DNA of 64,000 nucleotides, from contig JAYRHW010000283.1 in assembly GCA_041907145.1 (NCBI GenBank), positions 1,304 to 65,303 on the forward strand, in the 5' to 3' direction. Source of the DNA: Bdellovibrionota bacterium (GTDB taxonomy: Bacteria > Bdellovibrionota_C > UBA2361 > JAFLCA01). Below are positions 9,688 through 20,040 of this stretch, in pieces (the first letter of the stretch is position 1; each line of letters starts with the position of its first letter). Below the pieces are notes generated by a model. That model did no database searches and was not told the origin of the DNA. It saw only the letters and a list, made by a program, of their open reading frames with translations. Position numbers and translations under genes: made by a program.

Positions 9688-12600
9688 TTAGAGCGCCTGA
9701 TGGTAGTCCTGTAGCGCCTTTACCTGGATGATATTCGTGCGCTGCATTAGCTCCATTGCCTGCACGGCAGCGCTGGCCGCCGACATCGTCGTATAGGTCG
9801 GAATCTTCAATTCGTTCGAAACTAGACGTATCGATCGTGAATCCAGCAGCGGGCTCGACCCTTCCGGGGTATTGATGACCAATGAAATGTCACCGGCACC
9901 AATGAGGTCTACGATATGGGGTTGCCCCTCTCGCACCTTGTTCACCTCCTCGGAATGAATGCCGTGGGTGCGCAGATACGAAGCTGTGCCTCGTGTGGCC
10001 ACAAGACCAAATCCGATCGAGACAAGTCGACGAGCAACTTCGAGCAGATCCTCCTTGTCCCCATCCAGCACGCTCAAGAAGGCCTTCCCAGGTCGTGGCA
10101 GCGCGATATTGGCAGCAAACTGAGACTTGGCGAAGGCTCCGGGAAATTCGGCGAACATACCCATCACTTCCCCGGTCGACTTCATCTCAGGCCCGAGGAT
10201 AGTGTCCACGCCCTCGAATTTACTGAATGGAAATACGCAAGCCTTCACGGAGACGAAGCTGGATGGAGTGACCTCTCTAGCCTTGAGCTGCGCTAAGCTC
10301 TTTCCCGCCATTGCTCGAGCGGCGACTTTCGCCCAAGGAATTCCCGTAGCCTTACTGACAAACGGCACGGTACGCGAAGCTCGAGGGTTAACTTCCAGAA
10401 TGTAGACAATCTTATCCCTCGAAACCGCAAACTGCACATTCATCAATCCAACGACCTTAAGCTCGCGAGCCAACAGTTTAGCCTGCTCCTTCATTTGCGC
10501 GATGACATTAGGGGAAAGGGTTTGGGGCGGCAGACAACAAGAGCTGTCGCCGGAATGAATACCGGCGCGCTCGATATGCTCCATCACGCCGGCGACCATA
10601 ACTTCCTTCCCGTCTGAGACGCAGTCGACATCTACCTCGATTGCATTATGAAGATAACGATCGAGCAGCACAGGACGCTGATGCGAGACGCCCACTGACT
10701 CACCCATATACTGCGCGAGCTCTTCATCGTTGTGCACGACTCGCATCGCGCGACCACCAAGGACGAAGGAGGGGCGGATCATCAAGGGATAGCCAATTCT
10801 ATGGGCCGCTTGTAACGCTTCATCAGAATTGCTGGCCGTGCTCCCTTCAGGCTGTCGCAGCTTGAGACTATTAATCAGAGCAGCGAAGCGTTTGCGGTCC
10901 TCGGCAATATCGATTGACTCAACCGACGTTCCGATGATCGGAACTCCCGCCCTTTGCAGTTCGCTCGCTAGCTTAAGCGGCGTCTGCCCACCGAATTGCA
11001 CGATAACTCCGGTGGGCTTCTCTCGCTCGACAATAGCAAGCACTGATTCGAGTGTGAGCGGCTCGAAATACAGGCGATCGGCCGTATCGTAGTCAGTGGA
11101 AACCGTCTCTGGATTGCAATTTACCATGATGGTCTCGAAGCCATCTTCCTTGAGCGCCAACACGGCATGCACGCAGCAGTAGTCAAATTCGATGCCCTGA
11201 CCAATGCGGTTCGGTCCTGATCCAAGGATCATGATTTTCTTCCTCTGTGTCGGCGGCGCTTCTGTAGCTGCATCATAGGAGGAGTACAAATATGGAGTAT
11301 GGGCGACAAACTCCGCGGCGCAGGTGTCCACCGATTTGAATACAGGTGTTATGCCCCAGGCCTTTCGCTGATCGCGCACCTCGAACTCCGAGGCACCCAG
11401 AAGCTTGCCGATGCGGGAATCTGAAAATCCGTCTCGTTTGAGAGCCCGCATAGAATTGGCATCCAAACCAGAGAGTCGCCTGCCCTTCAACCCCTCCTCG
11501 GCTTCAATGATGGCCTCCAGTTCAGAGAGGAACCACAGGTCGATACCCGTAGCGTCGTAGAGAGCCTTTGCCTTATATCCTGCCCGCAATGCTTCGCCGA
11601 CTATCCATAGACGATGCGGACTGGGCCTCTTGCAGAGCTCGAATATCTCTCCTTTGCCTAAATCTTTAACCAGCGAGTGTCGGTCGAAGCCCGCAGTATC
11701 GAGCTCCATGGAGCAGATGGCTTTTTGCATGGCCTCGCGGAAATTTCTTCCAAAAGACAGCACTTCACCTACGCTCTTCATCTGGGTTCCCAGCGTCGTA
11801 TCAGCCATCGGGAACTTTTCGAAATTGAAGCGGGGAATTTTTACTACGACGTAATCAATCGACGGTTCGAAGCACGCCGGCGTCTCCCGAGTGATGTCAT
11901 TGCGCACCTCATCAAGCGTGTACCCAACGGCCAACTTGGCAGCAATTTTAGCAATCGGAAATCCCGTCGCTTTGGAAGCCAAGGCGGAGCTGCGCGATAC
12001 TCGAGGATTCATCTCGATGACGATGACCCGCCCATTCGAAGGGTTAAGAGCAAACTGAACGTTCGAGCCGCCTGTATCGACGCCGATTCGCCGCATAACG
12101 GCGATCGACGCGTCGCGCAGTATCTGATATTCCTTGTCAGTGAGTGTTTGGATTGGGGCCACCGTGATGGAATCCCCTGTATGAACCCCCATGGGGTCGA
12201 AGTTCTCGATCGGACATACAATGACGACATTGTCCTTCAGATCTCGCATCACCTCGAGTTCAATCTCTTTCCATCCCAGCAAAGATTCCTCGATAAGCAC
12301 TTCGCGGTTAGGGCTCGCACGAAGAGCGTGCGAAACCTTGCGCCGCAATTCCGAAGCGTCCTTTACTATTCCACCCCCGGTACCTCCGAGGGTGCGAGAC
12401 GGCCTCAGAATTAGGGGAAAGCCGATTAGCTCCGCAATCATCTCAGCGTCTTCAACCGAGTGCGCCACGCCGCTCTTAGCCGACTCCAGTCCAATCTCAT
12501 CCATCGCTCTACGGAAGAGCTCGCGATCCTCTGCGGTCTTTATTGCCTCCAAATTGGCGCCAATGAGCTCGCAGTCGTACTTTTCAAAAACTCCCCGTGC

Positions 12601-12909
12601 GCCGAGCTCTAGAGCGATATTCAAAGCGGTCTGCCCACCCATCGTGGGAAGGACGGCGTCCGGACGCTCGACACGGATGATTTCCTCGACAAAGTCGGCT
12701 GTTATCGGCTCGATGTACGTACGATCGGCGAACTCCGGATCCGTCATTATCGTGGCAGGGTTGGAGTTAACCAGAATGACTTTGTATCCCTCCTCCTTGA
12801 GCGCCTTTATCGCTTGCGTGCCGGAGTAATCGAACTCACAGGCTTGGCCGATCACAATCGGCCCCGAACCGATCAGCAATATGGAATGAATATCTGTGCG
12901 TTTTGGCAT
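9688..12909 (-). CDS. carB: carbamoyl-phosphate synthase large subunit
   Basis: 1073 aa with a duplicated ATP-grasp architecture and a C-terminal MGS-like domain. Highly conserved CarB motifs are present throughout. Confidence 0.95.
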   Translation of the reverse strand: MPKRTDIHSILLIGSGPIVIGQACEFDYSGTQAIKALKEEGYKVILVNSNPATIMTDPEFADRTYIEPITADFVEEIIRVERPDAVLPTMGGQTALNIALELGARGVFEKYDCELIGANLEAIKTAEDRELFRRAMDEIGLESAKSGVAHSVEDAEMIAELIGFPLILRPSRTLGGTGGGIVKDASELRRKVSHALRASPNREVLIEESLLGWKEIELEVMRDLKDNVVIVCPIENFDPMGVHTGDSITVAPIQTLTDKEYQILRDASIAVMRRIGVDTGGSNVQFALNPSNGRVIVIEMNPRVSRSSALASKATGFPIAKIAAKLAVGYTLDEVRNDITRETPACFEPSIDYVVVKIPRFNFEKFPMADTTLGTQMKSVGEVLSFGRNFREAMQKAICSMELDTAGFDRHSLVKDLGKGEIFELCKRPSPHRLWIVGEALRAGYKAKALYDATGIDLWFLSELEAIIEAEEGLKGRRLSGLDANSMRALKRDGFSDSRIGKLLGASEFEVRDQRKAWGITPVFKSVDTCAAEFVAHTPYLYSSYDAATEAPPTQRKKIMILGSGPNRIGQGIEFDYCCVHAVLALKEDGFETIMVNCNPETVSTDYDTADRLYFEPLTLESVLAIVEREKPTGVIVQFGGQTPLKLASELQRAGVPIIGTSVESIDIAEDRKRFAALINSLKLRQPEGSTASNSDEALQAAHRIGYPLMIRPSFVLGGRAMRVVHNDEELAQYMGESVGVSHQRPVLLDRYLHNAIEVDVDCVSDGKEVMVAGVMEHIERAGIHSGDSSCCLPPQTLSPNVIAQMKEQAKLLARELKVVGLMNVQFAVSRDKIVYILEVNPRASRTVPFVSKATGIPWAKVAARAMAGKSLAQLKAREVTPSSFVSVKACVFPFSKFEGVDTILGPEMKSTGEVMGMFAEFPGAFAKSQFAANIALPRPGKAFLSVLDGDKEDLLEVARRLVSIGFGLVATRGTASYLRTHGIHSEEVNKVREGQPHIVDLIGAGDISLVINTPEGSSPLLDSRSIRLVSNELKIPTYTTMSAASAAVQAMELMQRTNIIQVKALQDYHQAL

Positions 12910-12914
12910 ATAGG

Positions 12915-14126
12915 CTAGGCTGCCTTCTCTCGATAGCTCACAACATTTTCATAAAAGCGTCTAAATAAGTACTGGGCATCATGCGGACCTGGTGAAGATT
13001 CCGGATGATATTGAACGCAAAAGGCTCGCGCCTCAGGAATGTCGAGCCCCTCGACAGTCTGGTCGTTTAGATTGACATGACTGACAACGACGCTCCTCGA
13101 CAGGGACTCCGGCTGCACCGCGAATCCGTGGTTTTGAACGGTTATTTCGACTTTTCCGGTCAGGTTATTTCTGACCGGGTGATTTCCGCCGCGATGCCCA
13201 AACTTAAGTTTATAGGTCTTGCCGCCAACTACCTGCCCCAATATTTGATGCCCGAGGCAAATGCCGAAGATGGGAAATTTTCCGAAAATTCCCTTCACGG
13301 TATCTACGACATAGCCGAGCGTTGCCGGGTCTCCCGGGCCGTTAGACAGAAAAACTCCATCGGGCTGCAGAGCCAAGATCTCGCTCGAAGTCGCAGTGGC
13401 AGGAACCACCGTAACGCGAAACCCCACCTCAAGGAGCAGCCGTAAAATATTGTGCTTAATGCCGCAATCGATCGCTACGACATGCGGCCGCGACCATAGC
13501 TTACCGAAATCAAGTTCGCGCTTGCCCCTACTCTTGAGACTATACTCGAGGCTCCACGGCAGTTCGTTCCACGAGTAAGATTGCTGGCAGGTAACCGTCT
13601 TCACATAATCCTTACCTTCCATCGATCCCTGGGATCTCGCACGAGCGACCAGGTCATCAGGATTGAGGGAATGACCGACTGCCATGGCCCCCATTTGAGC
13701 GCCATGAGTACGAAGATGCGCAACCAACTCTCTCGTATCGATGCCGCACATACCCATGATACCGTTCTCCCACAGATACTGCGGGAGGGTGCGGTCGGCA
13801 CGAAAGTTGGAGACGACTCGTGGGAGGTCCCTAATCAGCACCCCTTCGGTATAGACCCGGTCGGATTCGACGTCCTCAGTGTTACATCCGACGTTTCCGA
13901 TGTGAGGCGCAGTAAAACACATGATTTGCCCGGCATAACTCGGGTCAGTAAGGATCTCCTGGTACCCAAACATCGAGGTATTAAAAACCACCTCCCCCAA
14001 GACCGGGTCATCACTGCCACGGGCGGCCCCGAAGCATTGCCCACGGAAAATCGAGCCGTCGGCGAGCGCTAATACTCCTGCTTGCCCGGAAATAACCTCA
14101 CCCTTTGCCTTTCTGCGCTGCTGCAT
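12915..14126 (-). CDS. carA: carbamoyl-phosphate synthase small subunit (glutamine amidotransferase)
   Basis: 403 aa with the class-I GATase catalytic region (GICLGHQ). It ends 6 bp upstream of carB. The true start may be slightly downstream of the called one. Confidence 0.9.
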   Translation of the reverse strand: MQQRRKAKGEVISGQAGVLALADGSIFRGQCFGAARGSDDPVLGEVVFNTSMFGYQEILTDPSYAGQIMCFTAPHIGNVGCNTEDVESDRVYTEGVLIRDLPRVVSNFRADRTLPQYLWENGIMGMCGIDTRELVAHLRTHGAQMGAMAVGHSLNPDDLVARARSQGSMEGKDYVKTVTCQQSYSWNELPWSLEYSLKSRGKRELDFGKLWSRPHVVAIDCGIKHNILRLLLEVGFRVTVVPATATSSEILALQPDGVFLSNGPGDPATLGYVVDTVKGIFGKFPIFGICLGHQILGQVVGGKTYKLKFGHRGGNHPVRNNLTGKVEITVQNHGFAVQPESLSRSVVVSHVNLNDQTVEGLDIPEARAFCVQYHPESSPGPHDAQYLFRRFYENVVSYREKAA

Positions 14127-14132
14127 ACCCGC

Positions 14133-15425
14133 TTACTCTATGAGACGCTGCCCTTCGACCACAATCTTGCCACCGACAATCACCGTATCCGCGATCCCCT
14201 TAAGTTCTCTGCCTAAAAATGGAGTATTGTGGCTTAGTGAGCGCAACACCTCGCGCCTGAAAGTCCATCGATACCCTGGATCTACCACCGCGATGTCCGC
14301 CGGCTTCCCTGGTAATAAGCTGCCAACGCCAAGTCCGAAGATACTAGCTGGTCGAGTTGCCAGAGCCTCCACGGCGCGCCTGCGCGTTATTTGGCCTGAA
14401 GTTACGAGATCGAGCAGTAAAGGTAGGCTCGTCTGCAGGCCTAAGATCCCGAATGTTGCCTTAGAGAATTCAACCAGCTTGCTGTCGCGCTCATGCGGAG
14501 CATGGTCACTAGCAACTGCGTCGATAGTTCCGTCCTTCAGTCCTGCGATAAGCGCAAGTCGATCAGAATCCTCTCGCAACGGCGGGCTCATCTTTGCGCT
14601 GGTGTCGTACTCGCCCACGGCGGACTCAGTAAGCGTAAGGTGATGCGGGGTAACTTCGGCCGTGACCCGAATTCCATCGCTCTTCGCCCGGCGAATGAGC
14701 TCGACACTGCGAGCTGAGGAGACATGACAGATATGAGCGCGGCCGCCTGTGTAGCGCGCGAGCTCGATATCACGAGCTACCATGACATCTTCGGCAACCG
14801 TCGGCATGCCCTTTAGTCCCAGGCGCGTGGACAGTGCTGACTCGTTCATGCAGCCACCACAGCTAAGGCGCTTATCCTCCTCATGACAACTGATTGGAAC
14901 ATCAAGCATCAAGCACCATTCCAGCGCTCTCCGCATCATACCAGCGTCCCAAATCGGCTCGCCATCATCCGAAAATGCGACACAGCCTGCCTCCCTGAGC
15001 TCGGACAGAGGTGACATATCCCTGCCCTCAAGCGCCCTCGATACCGAGCCAATCGGATGGACCCTGGCAGCGCCGATCGCTTGAGCACGCTCGATGATAA
15101 ACCTCGTCACTTCGGCACAGTCGTTCGTAGGTCGAGTGTTCGGCATGCAGCAAATTGAGGTATAGCCGCCCAAGGCTGCCGCTTGTGCACCTGTCCTAAT
15201 AGTTTCCTTCCACTCGAATCCAGGTTCGCGAAGGTGAACATGCAAATCGACGAGCCCCGGTACTACCCACTTACCCCTGGCATCAACACGCTGCGTCACC
15301 GCTACCGACTTGAAGGCTCCGCGAGCCCCGACATCCTTGATGAGACTGCCATCGACAAGTACGTCAAATTCACCCTCTCGATTAGAGCCTGGGTCGATGA
15401 GCTCTCCATTCTCGATTAGAATCAT
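14133..15425 (-). CDS. pyrC: dihydroorotase
   Basis: 430 aa with amidohydrolase metal ligands (DLHVHLREPG). Operon position between pyrB and carA. Confidence 0.85.
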   Translation of the reverse strand: MILIENGELIDPGSNREGEFDVLVDGSLIKDVGARGAFKSVAVTQRVDARGKWVVPGLVDLHVHLREPGFEWKETIRTGAQAAALGGYTSICCMPNTRPTNDCAEVTRFIIERAQAIGAARVHPIGSVSRALEGRDMSPLSELREAGCVAFSDDGEPIWDAGMMRRALEWCLMLDVPISCHEEDKRLSCGGCMNESALSTRLGLKGMPTVAEDVMVARDIELARYTGGRAHICHVSSARSVELIRRAKSDGIRVTAEVTPHHLTLTESAVGEYDTSAKMSPPLREDSDRLALIAGLKDGTIDAVASDHAPHERDSKLVEFSKATFGILGLQTSLPLLLDLVTSGQITRRRAVEALATRPASIFGLGVGSLLPGKPADIAVVDPGYRWTFRREVLRSLSHNTPFLGRELKGIADTVIVGGKIVVEGQRLIE

Positions 15426-16411
15426 GCGACTCCTCCAAAGTCAGCGGATGCCGCGCTTCGGTCAAGAGTGGCAAGGGCAAGAAGAACCGCCATGCGCACC
15501 GCGACTCCATTATTAACTTGCTTATGAACGAAGGAGCGTTTGCCGTCGAGAACTTCTCCCGAAATCTCGGTACCGCGATTAGCTGGCCCCGGATGCAGCA
15601 CGATGCTCTCAGGAGCCCAACGCGAAAGTACGCGCTCACTAACGCAATACTCCCGGCTATATTCCTCGAGCGTCGGCACGTAGTGCTCAGACTGCCGTTC
15701 CAGCTGCATGCGGAGCACCATGACAACATCTGCTCCTTCAATCCCTTTGGCCAAGCTGCTCTCTATCCGCAAAGGACCACCGAACATCGAGGCATTGGAA
15801 AATTCACGAGGGACGAGGGTCGGTGGGCCCACGAGGGTCACCTTATTTCCCAGTTTCTGATGAGCCCAAATGTTGCTGCGGGCGACTCTTGAGTGTCGAA
15901 CATCGCCGACTATAGCGACTTTCAACCCCTGGCGCGGCCTCTTAAGTTCATCGAAGTGTTGCCACATGGTTAGCACATCGAGCAAAGCCTGAGTGGGATG
16001 CTCGTGAAGGCCATCACCCGCATTCACCACGGCAGTATTAACGAGGTGCTTGGCTAAGAAATGTGGGGCCCCGCTCTCCTTATGACGTATGACGAGTACA
16101 TCCGGAGCCATGGCTTCGAGATTGCGGGCCGTATCGAGCAATGTTTCTCCTTTCACCACGGAGCTATCACTGCCGCTTAAATTAATGGTGTCAGCAGATA
16201 ACCGTTTCCCGGCGATTTCAAAACTGGCTCGCGTGCGGGTACTAGGCTCAAGAAATAAGTTTACGATAGTCTTACCACGCAGCGCCGGAACCTTCTTCAG
16301 TTCGCGGGTGCTGACCTCAACGAATTGCTGGGCATTTTCGAGTAGATACTCCAGCTGGACCTTGCTTAGCCCTTCGATATCCAGCAAATGCTTCAGCCCT
16401 GGTGAATTCAC
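15422..16411 (-). CDS. pyrB: aspartate carbamoyltransferase catalytic subunit
   Basis: 329 aa with the ATCase/OTCase signature STRTR and the HPxQ motif. Confidence 0.9.
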   Translation of the reverse strand: MNSPGLKHLLDIEGLSKVQLEYLLENAQQFVEVSTRELKKVPALRGKTIVNLFLEPSTRTRASFEIAGKRLSADTINLSGSDSSVVKGETLLDTARNLEAMAPDVLVIRHKESGAPHFLAKHLVNTAVVNAGDGLHEHPTQALLDVLTMWQHFDELKRPRQGLKVAIVGDVRHSRVARSNIWAHQKLGNKVTLVGPPTLVPREFSNASMFGGPLRIESSLAKGIEGADVVMVLRMQLERQSEHYVPTLEEYSREYCVSERVLSRWAPESIVLHPGPANRGTEISGEVLDGKRSFVHKQVNNGVAVRMAVLLALATLDRSAASADFGGVA

Positions 16412-17049
16412 CGACTACCTTTCCCCTCAGGAGTAATTAAATAAACTCCGTCCTCGAAACCCTGCTCCTTCAACCGGATCCTGACGAATTCATCCTTGGA
16501 TGTGGGGAGGTTCTTCCCCACATAGTCCGGGCGGATCGGAAGCTCGCGATGTCCGCGGTCAGCAACCACAGCCAGCTCTACGCAGGATGGGCGCCCGAAA
16601 TCAATTATCGCATCGAGCGCGGCACGAACCGTCCGTCCAGTGTAAAAGACGTCATCAACGAGAATTATCCGCGACCCAGACACCGAGAAAGGGAGGTCCG
16701 TCCCTTTTAGCGTCGGCTGCGCATGCCCATGCGAAAGATCATCACGGTAGAGCGTAATATCGATAACACCGAAGGGAATTTCGATACTTTCGATCTCTTG
16801 AACGCGATCATGGATGCGTTTGGCAAGATACTCACCGGCTGTTCTGATACCCACCACGGCAAGATTCTTCAAGTCTCGATTTCGCTCGACAATCTCATAG
16901 CTGATACGAGAGATGCAGCGTGCAATCGTCTCGCTGTTAAGAATAGGCTTCCAATGCTGGGGAACCTGCTTAACGTGATTGCCGGTTACTGGTTTTTGAT
17001 CCTGCTTTTCAGCCATGCTGCCCTCGCTACAAAACACGCGGAAAGACAC
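16408..17049 (-). CDS. pyrR: bifunctional pyrimidine operon regulator / uracil phosphoribosyltransferase PyrR
   Basis: Type-I PRTase fold (VVGIRTAGEYLAKRI ... IILVDDVFYTGRTVRAALDAI). It is the first gene of the pyr operon, as in Bacillus-type arrangements. The true start may be the MAEKQDQ Met, about 11 codons in. Confidence 0.8.
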   Translation of the reverse strand: MSFRVFCSEGSMAEKQDQKPVTGNHVKQVPQHWKPILNSETIARCISRISYEIVERNRDLKNLAVVGIRTAGEYLAKRIHDRVQEIESIEIPFGVIDITLYRDDLSHGHAQPTLKGTDLPFSVSGSRIILVDDVFYTGRTVRAALDAIIDFGRPSCVELAVVADRGHRELPIRPDYVGKNLPTSKDEFVRIRLKEQGFEDGVYLITPEGKGSR

Positions 17050-17398
17050 CGCGGGACTACGCCCTTACCGGGCTATCGAAGCTGAGTGCTGGCGGAAGGT
17101 CAAGAGACAGGGCGCAAGTCGCGCTGCTGCAAGGGCTGCCCGGAGGCAGTAGAACTTATTATCTCGATACCTTCGCGAACTCTCAGTTTCGCATTTAAAG
17201 GCCTGGCTCCTCATCATTAGCATGCCTGAACGGCCGCACTATGAATCTGAGCCACTCGTCCTAGAATACCATCGACGCAGAAGCGATGCAACGCGCGAGG
17301 CTTCGCTAGGTTCTAGCGACTTATAGTAACAGCGTCAAGGGAATACCACTTACGGATTTGCCCAGAGAAGATTTCTGCGTGGGCGGTCTTGCAGAGGC

Positions 17399-17863
17399 CT
17401 AAAAGTCACCCTCCGCGTAGGCGTGGAAATCGAAGGTATGAATGTCGTAGTCCTTATCGCCAATGGTGATATAGAAAACCTCTTGATAGGGCAGGCTAAT
17501 TCGCATGTGTCTCCCATCCCGCTCAATCTTCAGATCATCCGGCTCCACGGGCAACTGTAGCTTCTTTATATGATACATGAGGCGGCGCCGAATCTCGGCG
17601 TCCTTTTCGGTCGAAGCCACCCGAATAATCTGCTCGAATTGATTGCTAATTTCGTAAAAGCAATAATAGAAAGGCAAGATATTATAAGCGGCGTATAAGG
17701 CAGCAGCGGTCAGCGCTCCAAAAACGAAGATAGTCAACTTGCCGATCCCCCGCTCACCGGCGATATCAGAAGCCATTTGCCGACCCATCTTAGGGAACCT
17801 ATACTGAACAGACGAACATGACAAACAGGCTGGTGGGTTGTTTTCCATGGAGCCCATTAGCAA
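17399..17863 (-). CDS. hypothetical membrane-anchored protein
   Basis: 154 aa with one predicted TM helix (LTIFVFGALTAAALYAAYNILPFYY). No family recognised by eye. Confidence 0.4.
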   Translation of the reverse strand: MLMGSMENNPPACLSCSSVQYRFPKMGRQMASDIAGERGIGKLTIFVFGALTAAALYAAYNILPFYYCFYEISNQFEQIIRVASTEKDAEIRRRLMYHIKKLQLPVEPDDLKIERDGRHMRISLPYQEVFYITIGDKDYDIHTFDFHAYAEGDF

Positions 17864-17918
17864 GAATGCCGCATAATACTTCCGCGCTCCTCTTCACTTA
17901 AGATTCACTCAAGACAGA

Positions 17919-18296
17919 ATGATCCAAAACAAGTCCGCTCAGCAGGAAAAAAGAAGACTCCAGACCCTGTTTGCCTGGGCCGGCCTTTGTCTCGCTCTAG
18001 GAATCGGAAATATCGCTTTCGGCCAATTCAAATATGCGCAGTACTCTGCCCTATTATCGGAGGCCACCGCCGAGCTTGCAAGACCGGAAAACACTGTTAG
18101 CCTACCGCTGCTTGGCCCTGCCCTCAACGTAGATCGCCAGACCCAGCATATTGGCAGAGTCAGGTTACGTATGGACTTCTATGCGTTCGTAATCTTGGGA
18201 GGGCAGGCCCTGACTGCACTGGGGGCCATACTTCTGGGCATTACACTATTGAAACGAAAGGCGGCCAATACGGACGATCAACCTCAGGATACCTGA
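17919..18296 (+). CDS. hypothetical small membrane protein
   Basis: 125 aa with two hydrophobic helices. It is the only plus-strand gene in this stretch. Coding status is uncertain. Confidence 0.35.
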   Translation: MIQNKSAQQEKRRLQTLFAWAGLCLALGIGNIAFGQFKYAQYSALLSEATAELARPENTVSLPLLGPALNVDRQTQHIGRVRLRMDFYAFVILGGQALTALGAILLGITLLKRKAANTDDQPQDT

Positions 18297-18640
18297 GATA
18301 AGAGCTCCGGAAGCTTCTTCACGAAAACAGAGCGCGGATAGATCTCCTTCATCCCCTCGTCACTGGCAGCCTTCTCCAGCTCATGGTCGACATGAGAATA
18401 ATACGCCACAAGTCTTACCGGGCGCGTGGACTTCCGGGTGCTATCAAGAACCTCGGCCCTATTCCAGTCCGCAGCTGAAAGATCCATTAGAATAAGACCA
18501 GCACCCAGTAGAATACCCTCACGCAGCTCAGCGATATCACGAACCGCTCTACAATTCTGCCCCAGTTCACGAGCTAGCGCGGAAATCTTGGATTTAAAAA
18601 TCAGGTCGCGGCTGATAACGAGGATGCTAGGCGAGTCCAT
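18284..18640 (-). CDS. receiver-like (degenerate CheY-fold) domain protein
   Basis: 118 aa with alternating beta/alpha pattern (ILVISRD ... LILMDLS ... RLVAYYSH). The canonical DD and K residues are missing. It overlaps the upstream sigma-54 activator stop by 14 bp. Confidence 0.45.
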   Translation of the reverse strand: MDSPSILVISRDLIFKSKISALARELGQNCRAVRDIAELREGILLGAGLILMDLSAADWNRAEVLDSTRKSTRPVRLVAYYSHVDHELEKAASDEGMKEIYPRSVFVKKLPELLSQVS

Positions 18641-20021
18641 AGGATTTTACCTTAGCAATGAGATTGGAGCGAGAAATTCCCAATTCCTTCGCTGCCTCGG
18701 AGCGGTTTCCCTTCGCTCTCTCGAGTGCGGACTGAATCATGTTCCTTTCGACATTTTCGATGGCATCCTTGAGATTGCCCTCCAGACGTCGTCCCTGGGC
18801 GGGAGGCAGGGGCCGTTCTCGCAGGTGAGCTGAAATCAAATCTGCATCGATTACGCTCGAGCTCCCTGCCATAAGCACCAAACGCTCAATTTCGTTTTCG
18901 AGCTCACGGATGTTCCCAGGCCAATGGTAGTCGCTCAATACACGAAGGGCATCCACACTCAGGGCCTTAACGGGGGACTTGCTCCGCTCCGCGATTACCT
19001 TCAGAAAGTGTGCGGCCAGGAGAGGTATATCCACTCGTCGCTCACGAAGCGGTGGGATTCGGACAGAGATCACATTCAGTCGATAATATAAATCCTCACG
19101 GAAAGTACCGGCCGCGACCATCTGTTTCAGATCGCGGTTCGTAGCAGCGATGATGCGTACATCCACTTTCTTGGTTTTGGTAGCTCCAACAGGCATGAAA
19201 GTGCCGTCCTGTAACACCCGCAGCAGCTTAACCTGCAGCGCTGGGCTCATCTCACCTAGCTCATCGAGGAAAAAGGTTCCGCCGTCAGCAACCTCGAAAA
19301 GCCCCTGCTTGTCTCGCACGGCTCCGGTAAACGCTCCGCGAACGTGCCCAAAAAGCTCCGATTCCAGTAGATTATCATTGAAGGCCGAGCAGTTCTGAAT
19401 TACGAAGGGCTTGTTCTTCCGAGGAGAATGATAGTGCAGCGCACTGGCAATCAGCTCCTTTCCGGTACCTGATTCACCGGTGATCAGGACTGGCACGTCG
19501 GAATCGCGCACCTTGTCCAGCAAAGCGAAGAGATCGCGCATGATCTGGCTCGCCCCGATGATATTCGCAAAGCAAGCGCGTTCCGACTCGCGCGATCGCA
19601 GCTCGGCGGTGACTCGATTGGAGCGCTGAAGCTCCTCGTAGAGCCTTCGCGTGCGCATGACGGCCGCGAGCCGCGCCATCAACTCCCCACTATCGAAGGG
19701 GCGGCGAACATAGTCATCCGCTCCGTTCTCAAGCCCTGCAATTAATGCCTCACTGGAGTCGTTCGCTGTGACAAGAACTACGGGAATATAGCGCATTGCC
19801 GCATCAGCCTTAATGCGCTTGGTAACCTCAAACCCATCCATGCCGGGCATATTCACGTCCAGTAAGATGAGATCCGGATTCTCGGCCTCGATGCGCCTGA
19901 GAGCATCAGCTCCGTTCCCAGCGGTCACCGTGCTAAAGCCGTTCTTCTGTAGGACCTGCTCCAGCGCGAAAAGTCCATCTTCATTGTCATCAACGACGAG
20001 GACTTTTGTTCGTACTGACAT
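18627..20021 (-). CDS. sigma-54-dependent response regulator (NtrC family)
   Basis: A REC domain (VLVVDDNEDG ... LLDVNMPGMDG) is followed by an AAA+ sigma-54 interaction domain (GESGTGKELIASALH; the GAFTGA-like loop; HWPGNIRELEN) and a C-terminal Fis-type HTH. Confidence 0.9.
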   Translation of the reverse strand: MSVRTKVLVVDDNEDGLFALEQVLQKNGFSTVTAGNGADALRRIEAENPDLILLDVNMPGMDGFEVTKRIKADAAMRYIPVVLVTANDSSEALIAGLENGADDYVRRPFDSGELMARLAAVMRTRRLYEELQRSNRVTAELRSRESERACFANIIGASQIMRDLFALLDKVRDSDVPVLITGESGTGKELIASALHYHSPRKNKPFVIQNCSAFNDNLLESELFGHVRGAFTGAVRDKQGLFEVADGGTFFLDELGEMSPALQVKLLRVLQDGTFMPVGATKTKKVDVRIIAATNRDLKQMVAAGTFREDLYYRLNVISVRIPPLRERRVDIPLLAAHFLKVIAERSKSPVKALSVDALRVLSDYHWPGNIRELENEIERLVLMAGSSSVIDADLISAHLRERPLPPAQGRRLEGNLKDAIENVERNMIQSALERAKGNRSEAAKELGISRSNLIAKVKSYGLA

Positions 20022-20040
20022 GGATTTGCCGATCGGATCG

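Noticed and set aside
9916-12829. Long antisense ORFs inside carB (e.g. 11677..12414 plus strand, 245 aa; 12191..12829 plus strand, 212 aa). Similar shadow ORFs occur inside rpoD (3783..4328 plus strand), dnaG (7461..7964 plus strand), ftsK (44450..45301 plus strand) and others
   Set aside because: These are shadow ORFs opposite highly conserved genes. Their translations are Ser/Arg/Pro-rich and non-protein-like. GC-rich coding DNA produces them routinely.
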